A stretch of DNA of 64,000 nt from Phycisphaerae bacterium (GCA_963666835.2 CAXXGO010000001.1:576001-640000), one strand, 5' to 3'; positions 29,823 to 39,645 are shown, numbered from the stretch's first letter. Translations and numbers: made by a program. Notes: generated from the letters alone by a model not told the origin.

Positions 29823-31127
29823 ATGGCGAAACGAGGCAGAAAACCCAAGCATTACGTCACCTCGGACGGCGAAACCATCGTTGGTCTGACCAAGCGAGCC
29901 GACGGTCGTTTCGGGCCGGTTGGTGTGGCTGGCGTTGCGTTCGGCAGTGACGAAGCCACGGCCATCGCTCGGTTCCGCAAGTGGGAAGCTGAGCGGGATG
30001 GCACCGCTTGGGAGAAGCACGTCGGGGACGATCTCAAGGTCGATTCGATCTGGTACGGGATGCGGTTCACTGGTCCCGGCAAGTCAACTACTGCCGCCGG
30101 ACGACGCTTGGAGAAGATGGCCCTCGCCTATGTCGCCGAGTATAGGAAGTTCATCCGCAACCTTATCCTCACCAATCCCCACCAGGCGGCCATCGAACTC
30201 GACATCGAGGAGCTGAAGTGGTTCGACGAGTTCAGATCGCCTGGCCTATCGGTACGCCTTGAAGACATCGGTGAGGCCTACCGCAGCAAGCGCAAGAAGA
30301 TCAGCGATACCTGGCGGAGGAAAGTCAAGCGGTTCTGGAGCGAGTTTGTCGACGCAGTTGGCGTGGAGACCGTGGCCGAGATTTCGGCAGACGACATCAG
30401 CCGCTACCACAATATCGTGTGGGACGACTACGAGAAGAACGACAGGTCACCCACCTACGTCGCCCACCGCTTCCAGTGCATCAAGACGATGTTGAACCAT
30501 GCGATGAAACAGGGCAAGGACCACAAGCATATTCGTCGCGTCATCGATCTGTGTGCCATGTTTACGACTCCCGACAAGACCGGGACCGATCCTCACCCGA
30601 TATCGCGTGAACATTTCGACGCCCTGTTGGCGGTTTCGGACGCCAAGTGGACGGCCATGTTTCTGCTTGCTTTGAACGCTGCGTTCTATCCGTCGGAGGT
30701 TGCTGCGGTGAAGAAGTCGCATGTTGATCTTGATGCCGCAACGCTTGTCATGGATCGGAGCAAGACAGGCGTTCCCCGGATCGCGGTTCTCTGGAACCGC
30801 ACGGTCGAGGCGATCAGGGAATACTTGGACGGAAGCCGAAACGAGTCGGAGTACTTGTTCGTCTCAGCGACGGGTGCTCCATACAACGCCAACCACGCCA
30901 GCCGGAATTTCAGGCGTCGGCGAACCGAGGCCGAACTTCCGGATGAGGTGAAGTTCGACAACATCCGCGATGGAGCCTATACCGCCGCTGTGGAAGGAGG
31001 GGCCGATGTGAACCAAGCCAAAATGTTGGCTGGCCACCGTGTTGGAATCAGCGATCACTATCTCAAGCGGAATCCCAGTATGGTGGCCGACGCCTGCCGG
31101 GCTATCGAGGAGCGGTATTTCGGGTGA
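29823..31127 (+). CDS. Tyrosine recombinase/integrase (divergent)
   Basis: SAM-like core domain, RSKTG, FDNIRD, LAGH...DHY. Confidence 0.82.
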   Translation: MAKRGRKPKHYVTSDGETIVGLTKRADGRFGPVGVAGVAFGSDEATAIARFRKWEAERDGTAWEKHVGDDLKVDSIWYGMRFTGPGKSTTAAGRRLEKMALAYVAEYRKFIRNLILTNPHQAAIELDIEELKWFDEFRSPGLSVRLEDIGEAYRSKRKKISDTWRRKVKRFWSEFVDAVGVETVAEISADDISRYHNIVWDDYEKNDRSPTYVAHRFQCIKTMLNHAMKQGKDHKHIRRVIDLCAMFTTPDKTGTDPHPISREHFDALLAVSDAKWTAMFLLALNAAFYPSEVAAVKKSHVDLDAATLVMDRSKTGVPRIAVLWNRTVEAIREYLDGSRNESEYLFVSATGAPYNANHASRNFRRRRTEAELPDEVKFDNIRDGAYTAAVEGGADVNQAKMLAGHRVGISDHYLKRNPSMVADACRAIEERYFG

Positions 31128-31195
31128 TAGGCTCGCCATCCGGGCTTACGGGTAATCGTAGCACTCCAGAATCCGTCATCACATCGACATTATCC

Positions 31196-32071
31196 TCACG
31201 CGAAGAGTTCTTCCCCAGGCTCGTCGGACTTGCGGGTTTTACGCCGATCTGCCAGATCTTTCAGGTCAAGGTGGTTCTTCTCTTCGGTCGTTGCGTCGCA
31301 CCCACTCAACGCCTTGAATGCCTCTGCGTTTACTTTCCTCATCACTCGATGGAGTTTATCGAGTATTGTGGGGTCTACAGTTCGAGGATCGGAGCGATGA
31401 TATGCGACATTGCATCGAATCAGCCGCTGAAGCAGATTCAGTGTGTCATCGCGTGACAGAGCAGTAGAAGACTCCGGAATCCAATGGTCCGCTTCAAGGC
31501 GACCTTTCTTCTTCTTCTTCCTCTTGATCTTCGCCCCCGCTTTCCTCGCGGTCTTTCTCCTTTCGGCCTCTCTCCTTGCGGCCTCTTTCTTTGCGGCCGC
31601 CTTCTTCCTCGACTCCAATTTGAGTTCTCGCACTGTCTTGGGCCGTGGACTCCTCAGCATGTATTCGATTTGACGCACGTCGCCAGCGTCTACAAAGCCG
31701 ACCTCCCGTTCGCACCCGCTTGCATCCATCACCGTTGCTATCTGCAGGACCTTCGCCCCTTCGCGGTTTTCGAGGCGAGCGATGGCCTTGCGAACCGTAT
31801 CGGCGTGCACACCGAGTTCCTTGGCGATCTCGGGGACCATGAGCGTTCCCTTCGGCCGATCCGCGTATCTCCTGTAGTCGGTCCGGAAGTAGATCAACTG
31901 CTTAATCTGTTCACCCGTGAACTTCCGGCCCCCGCCGGTTAGCACAGGTTCGATGCCAGCCTTCGCAGCGGTGCGACGCACCGTATCGGTCGAGCATTGC
32001 AGTTCTTTCGCAACTCGCCCTATTCCGTACAGGGCATCCGGGACGAGGTTGCCAGTCTCGCTGGTTGTCAT
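31196..32071 (-). CDS. Tandem helix-turn-helix protein with possible HNH-like C-terminus
   Basis: IGRVAKELQCSTDTVRR and VPEIAKELGVHADTVRK; ADHWIP...NL....CN. Confidence 0.6.
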   Translation of the reverse strand: MTTSETGNLVPDALYGIGRVAKELQCSTDTVRRTAAKAGIEPVLTGGGRKFTGEQIKQLIYFRTDYRRYADRPKGTLMVPEIAKELGVHADTVRKAIARLENREGAKVLQIATVMDASGCEREVGFVDAGDVRQIEYMLRSPRPKTVRELKLESRKKAAAKKEAARREAERRKTARKAGAKIKRKKKKKGRLEADHWIPESSTALSRDDTLNLLQRLIRCNVAYHRSDPRTVDPTILDKLHRVMRKVNAEAFKALSGCDATTEEKNHLDLKDLADRRKTRKSDEPGEELFA

Positions 32072-32571
32072 TCTTAGCCTCCCGCAACTGTTCGGTTTCT
32101 CGCTTGCCGGTTCGCGTTTTTTCGGCGGTGCATCGCTCGGCAACCGTTCATTATACGAACTATCGATCATACACCGCGAATAACAGGGGTCTAATCCTAG
32201 AAAGTGCACGAGCCTATGCCATGAGGTTGGGCTTTCTACCGGTTTTGAGCGTTTCCATGGCCTTCCAACGCACGATTCACTAATCCCCGCGTCAATTCCC
32301 GGGAGGCCCTGTTCCGATTATGTAAGAATTGGCTTGCATAGGAGCGGTAAAACCTTGCAGCTACCCGGCTCGTGTGTCTCTTTGCCCATATTCGTCCTAT
32401 AACTCATGCGAAATAATAGCCTGAGCCACTCATTCTCTTTGCCCTCGCACGTTTTGTATCCTACGCTCAATATGAGGCAGCGGCTCACTGGAGCAGGGCA
32501 ACGTGTTTGACGTGCAACGACGCCTGGAGACGAGCCGCATCCAGGCTGCCGGTTAGCGAAGGAGAGGAAGG

Positions 32572-32799
32572 ATGAGCAGGCGGGACAAGAGCAAGAAGAG
32601 ACGCAACCGGCGACGGCGTGCAACCGGCAAGGGTGGGACTCAGCCAGGCAAGGACTCCCCCGCCTTCCGGGTGCGAATGTGTGAAGCCAAGATCCACAAT
32701 ACGCACGGTGGACAGGTAATCAAGCACCTTGTGCCGCTGAGCGATCTTGCAAGATCGCAACGTCAATCGGTACGCGGGAGTCTTGCGGTACCAGATTGA
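32572..32799 (+). CDS. Small basic hypothetical protein
   Basis: AAGGAGAGG RBS; directly upstream of the AAA gene. Confidence 0.4.
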   Translation: MSRRDKSKKRRNRRRRATGKGGTQPGKDSPAFRVRMCEAKIHNTHGGQVIKHLVPLSDLARSQRQSVRGSLAVPD

Positions 32800-32815
32800 T
32801 GTAGCCGGCGCTGCA

Positions 32816-33685
32816 ATGACCGCGAGCTTCGGCATCGAGCACCATCTTGTTCCGCGGGAAGATCCAACGTTCGTTTGGACGGAGCCCTGCCGGGACGTGG
32901 CCGAGGCGGTCGAGCACAACGAACGCGTGTTCATCTACGGTCCGAGCGGCACAGGCAAGAGCTCGCTGGTTCGGCAAATCGGCGCGCTCACGCTACGACC
33001 GGTTCGGCGGGTCTCGCTCAACGGCGAGACCAGCGTGGGTGACTTCGTCGGACACTGGACTGTCAACGAAGAGAAGGAGACCGTCTTCGTCAAGGGCATT
33101 CTCCCTCAGGCGTTGGAACAGGGCCAGATCCTTCAGTTGGACGAAGTCGACGCCATGCAGCCGGAGGTGGGTTTCGTCCTTCAGCAGGTGCTCGAGCCCG
33201 GCGGGCATCTTTTGCTCACTGACACCGGCGAGGACATCGCACCGCATCCGGATTTCCGGCTGGTGGCTACAGCCAACACGTTGGGCTTCGGATCCGACTC
33301 GGGGCTCTATTCCAGTGGAACGCACGTGCTCAACTTCAGCTGGCTTGATCGCTGGGACGTGGTGGTCCACATGGATCATCTGCCGGCCAAGCGGGAAACT
33401 GAACTGCTGCGCGCCCGCCACCCCGGACTGAACAAGGACCTGATCAAGTGCATGGTCAAATCGGCCGGGGATCTGAGGAGGGCGCACGCCGAAGAGCAGC
33501 TAACCACGGTGCTGAGCACGCGACGTTTGCTGGCGCTCTGCGCTCGGCTGGATCGCGGAAACGACTTCGATCGGGCCCTTGCGGTTTGCGTGCTCAACAA
33601 GGTCCCGCCGGAGGACGTCAAGGTCATCCGCGAGACCTTTGATCATCACGTCGGCCCCCTGGCGCAAAAGGTCACCGCTTCTTAG
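32816..33685 (+). CDS. MoxR/CbbQ-CobS-like AAA+ ATPase
   Basis: GPSGTGKS, LQLDEVD, PHPDFRLVATANT, LDRW, STRRL; frame is open from 32747. Confidence 0.9.
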   Translation: MTASFGIEHHLVPREDPTFVWTEPCRDVAEAVEHNERVFIYGPSGTGKSSLVRQIGALTLRPVRRVSLNGETSVGDFVGHWTVNEEKETVFVKGILPQALEQGQILQLDEVDAMQPEVGFVLQQVLEPGGHLLLTDTGEDIAPHPDFRLVATANTLGFGSDSGLYSSGTHVLNFSWLDRWDVVVHMDHLPAKRETELLRARHPGLNKDLIKCMVKSAGDLRRAHAEEQLTTVLSTRRLLALCARLDRGNDFDRALAVCVLNKVPPEDVKVIRETFDHHVGPLAQKVTAS

Positions 33686-33713
33686 GCGCCAATCGAAGAG
33701 TCTGAATCACAGA

Positions 33714-33756
33714 GGGTTGCGCCCGCAATGGCGATGCGGCTGGCGCGGCCCTTTTT
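33714..33756 (+). terminator. Intrinsic terminator-like hairpin between AAA and VWA genes
   Basis: GGGTTGCGCC...GGCGCGGCCC followed by TTTTT. Confidence 0.5.
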
Positions 33757-33784
33757 CTATGCGCATCGCAAGGAGTTAGAGGAA

Positions 33785-35656
33785 ATGAACCTCAATCCCT
33801 TTGAAAGTCAGCTTGAGCGGCTGGCACGGACGTTGACTGATCAGTTCGGCGTTCGTGTGATTTGCCGCGGCGAGGAGGCCTGGACGGACGGGAAGCAGAT
33901 CGTCCTTCCGTCGCTTCCGGAACCGATGGACGCGGCACTAGATCGTATGGTCGTAGGTTTCTTGGATCATGAGATGGCCCATGTGGCGTTCTCGGATTTC
34001 GAGGCCGTGAAGCGATTTTCGCAGCGGCATCCTGGATACGAGGCCATGCTTAACGTGGTCGAGGATGCACTGATTGAACGACGCGCCATGGAACGCTGGC
34101 CCGGCGTACGTGCCAACCTGGATGCGATGTTTCGACAGATCCGCGATCGAATCGTGCGACTCGTCGGACAGCGCGACGCGTTCGGCAAGTTTTGCACAGC
34201 AGTATATTTGAAGTTCTCGCACCACCAAGACATGCTCGGTCTCGAGGACCTTGTCGCAGGCTACGACGACTTGTTCGCGTGGTTTCCAGCAATCCACGAC
34301 ACCGGTGGCGCCGCCGACCTGGCGGAGCAGATCCTCGATCGTTGGTTGAAGCAACAGCCGCCGGAGGAAGCAGGCGCACCGGGTTCGTCGGATAGCGACA
34401 ATCGTGAAACGTCCGGAACGGAGGATGGCGGAAGCGCAGGCCCGAGCGATTCCGGTGAATCAATCGATAGCAAGGCCGAGTCGTCAGCCGAAGTCGGAGC
34501 TCAGGAAGAGGCCGACGGCACGACGGGTGAATCGACCCGGGATGATTCCGATCCGAATAGCGATAACGCTTCGGAAGATGAGTCCGCGGTAATGGATGCG
34601 CTCGGCGCAGACGCGCCCGAATCGGGTGCGGCACAAGAAAATGACGTCGAATCGGTTGCTGGCGACGGAGGGCCACGCGAGGTCAACCACGGCAGTTTAA
34701 TCGGCGAGATCGTAGCCGAGGCAATCGCGGAGCATGTCGCTCAACTCAACACAAACTCCGAGTATCGCGCCTACACCAAGGAGCTGGATCGCATTCAGTC
34801 GATTGCTTTCGCCAGCGAGCATGAGGTGGCCACGTTACGGAACCATCATACAGATGTGATCCGCCGGCTGCGCCGAGGCCTCGCCAACGCGCTTCGGTCG
34901 CAGGAGAAACGTTGGTGGCGTGATGAGCAAGCCCGAGGGCAGTTATCACCCAAGACCTTGCACCGGCTCTGCATGGACAGGCCGCGCGTTGATGTGTTTC
35001 GAACGCGCGCTATGGTGCAGGGCCGCTCGACCGCTGTTTCGATATTGCTCGATGCATCGGGCAGCATGACCCGTAACAAGATGGAAGTCGCCCGTGACGC
35101 GCTGCGAGTCCTGCTGGAGGCACTTGCGGACTTGAAGGTCGCCACGGAGGCACTCACTTTCACGACGGGCCGGGACTTCGACTTGTTTAGGGTCGCACAA
35201 GAGACTGGCCAAGATCCGACCGAGATGCGCACCCGGTACAGCCGCTTCGCGAATCTGGAGATTGGCCTGGTCAAGCAGTTCAACGAGCCGGTCAAGACTG
35301 GCCTGCGCCGCTTGCCGACAATCAGCGGCACCGGCCTGACGCCACTTGGCGAAGGCATGCAAATAGCCGCACGCCGTCTGATTCAACGACCGGAGAGTCG
35401 GCGAATTCTCGTTGTGTTGACCGACGGCCGCGCCGGCTGCGAGGCCTGTGATGACGCCGCCGTTCGGCACGCACAGTTTGTGGCCGAGCAGGCGATCAAG
35501 ACCGGCATTGAGCTGGTTGGCGTAGGGATTATTGATGAAAGCTTGCGCGCGATCGTGGCGGACACGATTGTGGTTCATCGAATCGAAGAACTTCCGGCTG
35601 AGCTGTGCAAGCTGCTGAGCCGGACGCTTATGAAGGGACTTCGCCATGTTGGATGA
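33785..35656 (+). CDS. CobT-like protein: HExxH metallopeptidase-like N-terminus, acidic linker, VWA domain
   Basis: DHEMAH, NVVEDALIE, DASGSM MIDAS, TPL, VLTDG. Confidence 0.85.
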   Translation: MNLNPFESQLERLARTLTDQFGVRVICRGEEAWTDGKQIVLPSLPEPMDAALDRMVVGFLDHEMAHVAFSDFEAVKRFSQRHPGYEAMLNVVEDALIERRAMERWPGVRANLDAMFRQIRDRIVRLVGQRDAFGKFCTAVYLKFSHHQDMLGLEDLVAGYDDLFAWFPAIHDTGGAADLAEQILDRWLKQQPPEEAGAPGSSDSDNRETSGTEDGGSAGPSDSGESIDSKAESSAEVGAQEEADGTTGESTRDDSDPNSDNASEDESAVMDALGADAPESGAAQENDVESVAGDGGPREVNHGSLIGEIVAEAIAEHVAQLNTNSEYRAYTKELDRIQSIAFASEHEVATLRNHHTDVIRRLRRGLANALRSQEKRWWRDEQARGQLSPKTLHRLCMDRPRVDVFRTRAMVQGRSTAVSILLDASGSMTRNKMEVARDALRVLLEALADLKVATEALTFTTGRDFDLFRVAQETGQDPTEMRTRYSRFANLEIGLVKQFNEPVKTGLRRLPTISGTGLTPLGEGMQIAARRLIQRPESRRILVVLTDGRAGCEACDDAAVRHAQFVAEQAIKTGIELVGVGIIDESLRAIVADTIVVHRIEELPAELCKLLSRTLMKGLRHVG

Positions 35657-36161
35657 ACGGACGAAGCTAATGTTGGATGTCGCGAACGAACTGACAGCGG
35701 CCGACATAGAGTTCTTGAGGGCTGGCGTGCTCGCACAGTCACCGCCTCGTGCGATTCCCCGATCTACTACGGAGAGGCAAGCACGCGGTCAGGCTGCGAG
35801 TACCTCGAGGCAGACGTCCTCGATTATGTCCGCAGGTGAGTATGAACGGGGCCGTACTCGCGAGTCCAAGATCTCCACGGCCTGTGTAGGCACCGAGCGT
35901 GTTAAGCACGCCTGGTGGTCAGTCGGGACGGAGCTGGTGGGCAGAATTGGAAATGAGGAATTCACGGCGAGAGTCGTTGAGAATTCGCAGGTCAAGAGTG
36001 GACGAAGCATCCTGCTCACGTCCGGCGTAGCGAACGGACGGTTGTGTATAACACCGACGCGCGCCGCGCTCGAAGCGACGGAAGCCTATCGACAGGCCAA
36101 TAGCTTAGGTCGCGGCGGCGGCGTCACCAACGGATGGCTGTTCTGGCAGCCGAGGGCCTGA
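35646..36161 (+). CDS. Hypothetical protein with RAMA-like C-terminal domain
   Basis: TPTRAA...TNGWLFW resembles the RAMA SPS.AA...NGW..W pattern; overlaps the VWA stop. Confidence 0.55.
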   Translation: MLDERTKLMLDVANELTAADIEFLRAGVLAQSPPRAIPRSTTERQARGQAASTSRQTSSIMSAGEYERGRTRESKISTACVGTERVKHAWWSVGTELVGRIGNEEFTARVVENSQVKSGRSILLTSGVANGRLCITPTRAALEATEAYRQANSLGRGGGVTNGWLFWQPRA

Positions 36162-36225
36162 CACACGGAGAGAAGCACACGCTGCGCTGCGGAGCGTGTG
36201 CTTCCGGCAAAACAAGGTGAGAATC

Positions 36226-36438
36226 ATGAAGAATCAAGCAATAGAAGCAATCCGGATTGTGGTCTACGTAGACGGCGGGATCGTTCAGGATGTATTGAGC
36301 GACACCGCAGGCGTGGAAGTGATGATCGTGGACTACGATGACGAGCGCGCAGGTGATCCGAAGTCATCGCGCTCATTTGAGCCGGTAACGGTGGACGCAT
36401 CGATGATCAAGCGGACGGCCAAAGGCATGGAGGACTGA
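36226..36438 (+). CDS. Small hypothetical protein
   Basis: IVVYVDGGIVQDV...VEVMIVDYD; AAGGTG RBS. Confidence 0.6.
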   Translation: MKNQAIEAIRIVVYVDGGIVQDVLSDTAGVEVMIVDYDDERAGDPKSSRSFEPVTVDASMIKRTAKGMED

Positions 36439-36643
36439 CCCAAATACCCGCTCGCCGTACACCGTTTCTTCTTCCTTTCTTTCTTCGCGGTCGGGCTTTC
36501 TGGCCGCGATTCCTCCCCGGAGCTAGCGTCAGCTCTGTCCACCTATTCGCGCTAGACACGAGAAAAAGTGAGTTGCTCACTTGCGCGGGCGCCTTTCGTG
36601 CGCTATGCTCTGGATGGAATCCATCAGTTAAGGAGTGTGTGCG

Positions 36644-36919
36644 ATGAATATGGCGATTCGCAAAATAGGAGTCGCGGGGTTTGTTCTGGGTGTTCTGGCG
36701 ATGGCAAACTTCGCCGTGATCGCTCATTGGCTTGAAGAGATCGGCATCATTCCATGGGCACAGTGCATCCGCGAAGAGTATCTTCCGGGCCCGACCCTTA
36801 CTGTCGTCGCTGTGATGCTGATCCTGTTGCCGTCAGGCGCGGCCGTCGCGCTTCATGTTCGGCGGTGCCGGGTGTGTAGCTGTCTGATGCTGAGGCGTGG
36901 GCGGTACTGCTGCGAATGA
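36644..36919 (+). CDS. Two-TM protein with truncated zinc ribbon
   Basis: TM segments, then CRVC...RYCCE-stop; AAGGAG RBS. Confidence 0.5.
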   Translation: MNMAIRKIGVAGFVLGVLAMANFAVIAHWLEEIGIIPWAQCIREEYLPGPTLTVVAVMLILLPSGAAVALHVRRCRVCSCLMLRRGRYCCE

Positions 36920-37003
36920 CCTTACGTTCACGCAGCGGCCGAAGCTGAATGATGGGAATGTCGCGTGCCTCTGATTCATCCATCGTAACCGTCCTTCCAC
37001 CCG

Positions 37004-37900
37004 TTACTTGGACATCGCGCCGTCGTAGGTGCCGGCCAACTCCGGCCGATCGGCGAGTCCCTCGGCCCGAAGCAGTTCCAACAAGGTCGTGTCGTTCCAC
37101 AGCTCGGCGAGTCCGTCGAGCAGCGCAAACAGGCGCGTTTCCTTCTCCTGTGCTTCACGCACATAGGACTCTTTCGTTTGCGTCGCCTGGGCGATGTCAC
37201 TCTTCAGTGTGTTCACCGTGTAGCTCTTGGCTCGATCGCGACCGTTCTTGCGATTACGCGGATCCATCCGCGACCTGATGATCGCTCGGGCCTTGGAAAA
37301 GTTTTCGCAGTTGACAATCCCACGGTCGAACGCGTCCATCAGAACGTTCTGAATCGCCCCATCCTCGGTGCTTGCAACCAGCACGGCGAACGATATTGGA
37401 AACACCCCCTGCTCTACGCCTTGGATGAGTCGCTCCTCGCCTTTCTCGACCAGCTCTATGTAGTGCCTAACGTACTCGAGACTCCGACAAGCAACCGGTG
37501 CGATCTGCTCATACGTCCAGCCTTCGTCACGCAGGCTCTTGAGCTCCCGAGCAAACTCCATTGTCCCGGGTCGGCTGCGGGCCAGGTTCTCCACCAACGA
37601 CTCAAGATAAGCCTGCTTACGGGTGCATGTAACAACCTCAGCACGAATGTGCGTTTGGCCGAGCCTCTTCTGGGCAATCAGCCGGCCTTCGCCGCAGATC
37701 AGCTCGTATAGGCCGCTCCTGGCAAGGAACTTGTCGTTGACCCGGATGTCCTTGAGTTGGCCGTTCGTCTCGATGCTCTGAACATTGAGGGTGAACTGCT
37801 GTTCGTCGCGGTTGCGCGAGTTGATCACCTTGATCTTGTCGACGGGGATCATCTCTCTGCGGCGGTCCTTCATCAGCAGAATCGGTGCAGTATCCATCAT
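37004..37900 (-). CDS. ParB/RepB-like protein
   Basis: IPVDKIKV, YELICGEGRL, SLVENLAR. Confidence 0.85.
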   Translation of the reverse strand: MMDTAPILLMKDRRREMIPVDKIKVINSRNRDEQQFTLNVQSIETNGQLKDIRVNDKFLARSGLYELICGEGRLIAQKRLGQTHIRAEVVTCTRKQAYLESLVENLARSRPGTMEFARELKSLRDEGWTYEQIAPVACRSLEYVRHYIELVEKGEERLIQGVEQGVFPISFAVLVASTEDGAIQNVLMDAFDRGIVNCENFSKARAIIRSRMDPRNRKNGRDRAKSYTVNTLKSDIAQATQTKESYVREAQEKETRLFALLDGLAELWNDTTLLELLRAEGLADRPELAGTYDGAMSK

Positions 37901-39420
37901 GACCTCGCAAGCTGGAAAATCATGTCCAAGCCGCGGTGACCGTAGAGGTCGATTCGCGACTCCGACGTACCGAACAACCGGATTCCGCGATCCGCGACCA
38001 GCAAACGCGGAAGGGCCAGATATCCAAGGATCTGCGGACCCCGTGGACCGGAAACCGGCACGCCCAGCGTGATGTCGACGACGCCGCGCATGTCGGGCCG
38101 AAAGTACCAGTACTGGTTGTAGCCGTACGGAACGGGAACGGAGGGTTGGATCAGAACCGTGAACCTGCCGTTGAGCACGAGGAAGTCTTCGTAATTCTCG
38201 ACCTCCTCGACAAGCTTCCGCAGTTGAGATTCAACCTCTTGGGTCACCTGCCGTAGCGCGAATTGGAACACTTGCTGGTAGGCGGCATCCAGGGAGGCGA
38301 AGTGCTTGGCGTACGTGGATGGCGAAGGCGCTTCCGCGTCGGCTCGCAAAAGCGCGGGCCGGAAGAAGTTATGCGCATCCAGCACGCGGCGCAACTGCTC
38401 CAGCATAAACTCCGGCGTATACTTGAGCGCCGCTTGAGTCAGAATGCGCTGCGCCTCATCGAAAAGAGCTCGATCCACGAGCGGGTCAAAAGCACCAGCT
38501 GTTTTGATCCACTCCTCCCTTGGGTTGTACCGCGTGGGCGTCTTCAGTTTCTGCGTTGTCCTGTTATAGACGAGCGTGCCGACGTACAACTCGTTGAGCA
38601 GGATGCGACGTACCTTCGAACGATCCCATGTGCCCCCACCCGGCGAACTGATGCCGTCGCGGTTGAGAGCCTCTGCGATCTCTTGCATGCTACGGAGTGT
38701 CTCGGTGAACTCGCGGAAGATGCGCTGTATGGTTGCGACCTGAAGTTCGTCTCCCGGCGCCAAGGTCACACGCTGGTTCTGGATGCTCTTCCTCTGTCCG
38801 GGGGCCAACGCCTGGACAGGCCTCCGGGCCTCGTCGAGCAGGAGCCGTTGCAGGCCGTACGGAGGCTTTCCGCCGGCCCAGTAGCCTTGCTGGGAGATCT
38901 TCACGCATCCACGGAAGACCTTATCACTCAGTTCCTTGCTGTACTGCGCGGCGCGGAAGCGTTCAAACTGGACGTACACCTGGTAAAGCTGATCGCCGGG
39001 CTTGGGCTTGCCGAGCGTGGTGTAGATCACCTGTTTGCCGTAGCGCTTGCACTCGGCACTGTAAGTCGCCGACAGGTCGATGTCCTGGAATCGACCCCAT
39101 CGGCTGACATCCAGGCAAAGAACGAAGTCAAAGTCATTGCGTCCCTTGACCCAGTCTTCCATCATGTTGTTGAAGCCATCCCTGCCCTCGGCGGTAAGCC
39201 CTGATTTACCGCGATCGGCGAACTCATGGATGATGTCGACGCCGTTCTCACGAGCCCATTGCTGAACTTGCTCCTGCTGTATGGCGACGGAGTTCTCCTG
39301 TCGGTCCTGTGCCGAGTGGCGGTAGTACGCAACCGCCCGAAACTCCGGCGTTGCGGGCTCGGTCGAGGGACTGCCTCGTACCCACCACTGATGTTGCTTT
39401 TCCTCTGATTGCCCGGGCAA
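37897..39420 (-). CDS. Large serine recombinase (resolvase plus recombinase domain)
   Basis: AVAYYRHS...QENS, D.GKSG, DVSRWGRFQD, GGKPPYG; start uncertain (TTG 39420 with GAGG RBS, frame open to 39609). Confidence 0.9.
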   Translation of the reverse strand: MPGQSEEKQHQWWVRGSPSTEPATPEFRAVAYYRHSAQDRQENSVAIQQEQVQQWARENGVDIIHEFADRGKSGLTAEGRDGFNNMMEDWVKGRNDFDFVLCLDVSRWGRFQDIDLSATYSAECKRYGKQVIYTTLGKPKPGDQLYQVYVQFERFRAAQYSKELSDKVFRGCVKISQQGYWAGGKPPYGLQRLLLDEARRPVQALAPGQRKSIQNQRVTLAPGDELQVATIQRIFREFTETLRSMQEIAEALNRDGISSPGGGTWDRSKVRRILLNELYVGTLVYNRTTQKLKTPTRYNPREEWIKTAGAFDPLVDRALFDEAQRILTQAALKYTPEFMLEQLRRVLDAHNFFRPALLRADAEAPSPSTYAKHFASLDAAYQQVFQFALRQVTQEVESQLRKLVEEVENYEDFLVLNGRFTVLIQPSVPVPYGYNQYWYFRPDMRGVVDITLGVPVSGPRGPQILGYLALPRLLVADRGIRLFGTSESRIDLYGHRGLDMIFQLARS

Positions 39421-39645
39421 TTCTGCCTCGCTCGTTTCTGGTCCTAGTGTCACAACTTTGACTCTCACCTGTGCCAGGGCGTCACCCTGCACGAGTGTGA
39501 TCGCTGTCACGTCGTTGGTATCCGACCCCGCTTGGCCGCAGCGGCAACGCAAAGGCGAACACGTCGGCAACTCGATCCAACCCGGGCAGCGTACAGCATG
39601 ACCGTGCAAATCCAGGGTGCATCTACGTGCAATTTTCGTGCAAAA

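Noticed and set aside
32747..35656. True cobaltochelatase CobST
   Set aside because: No cobN or cobalamin pathway genes; island context; only the AAA/VWA architecture is shared.
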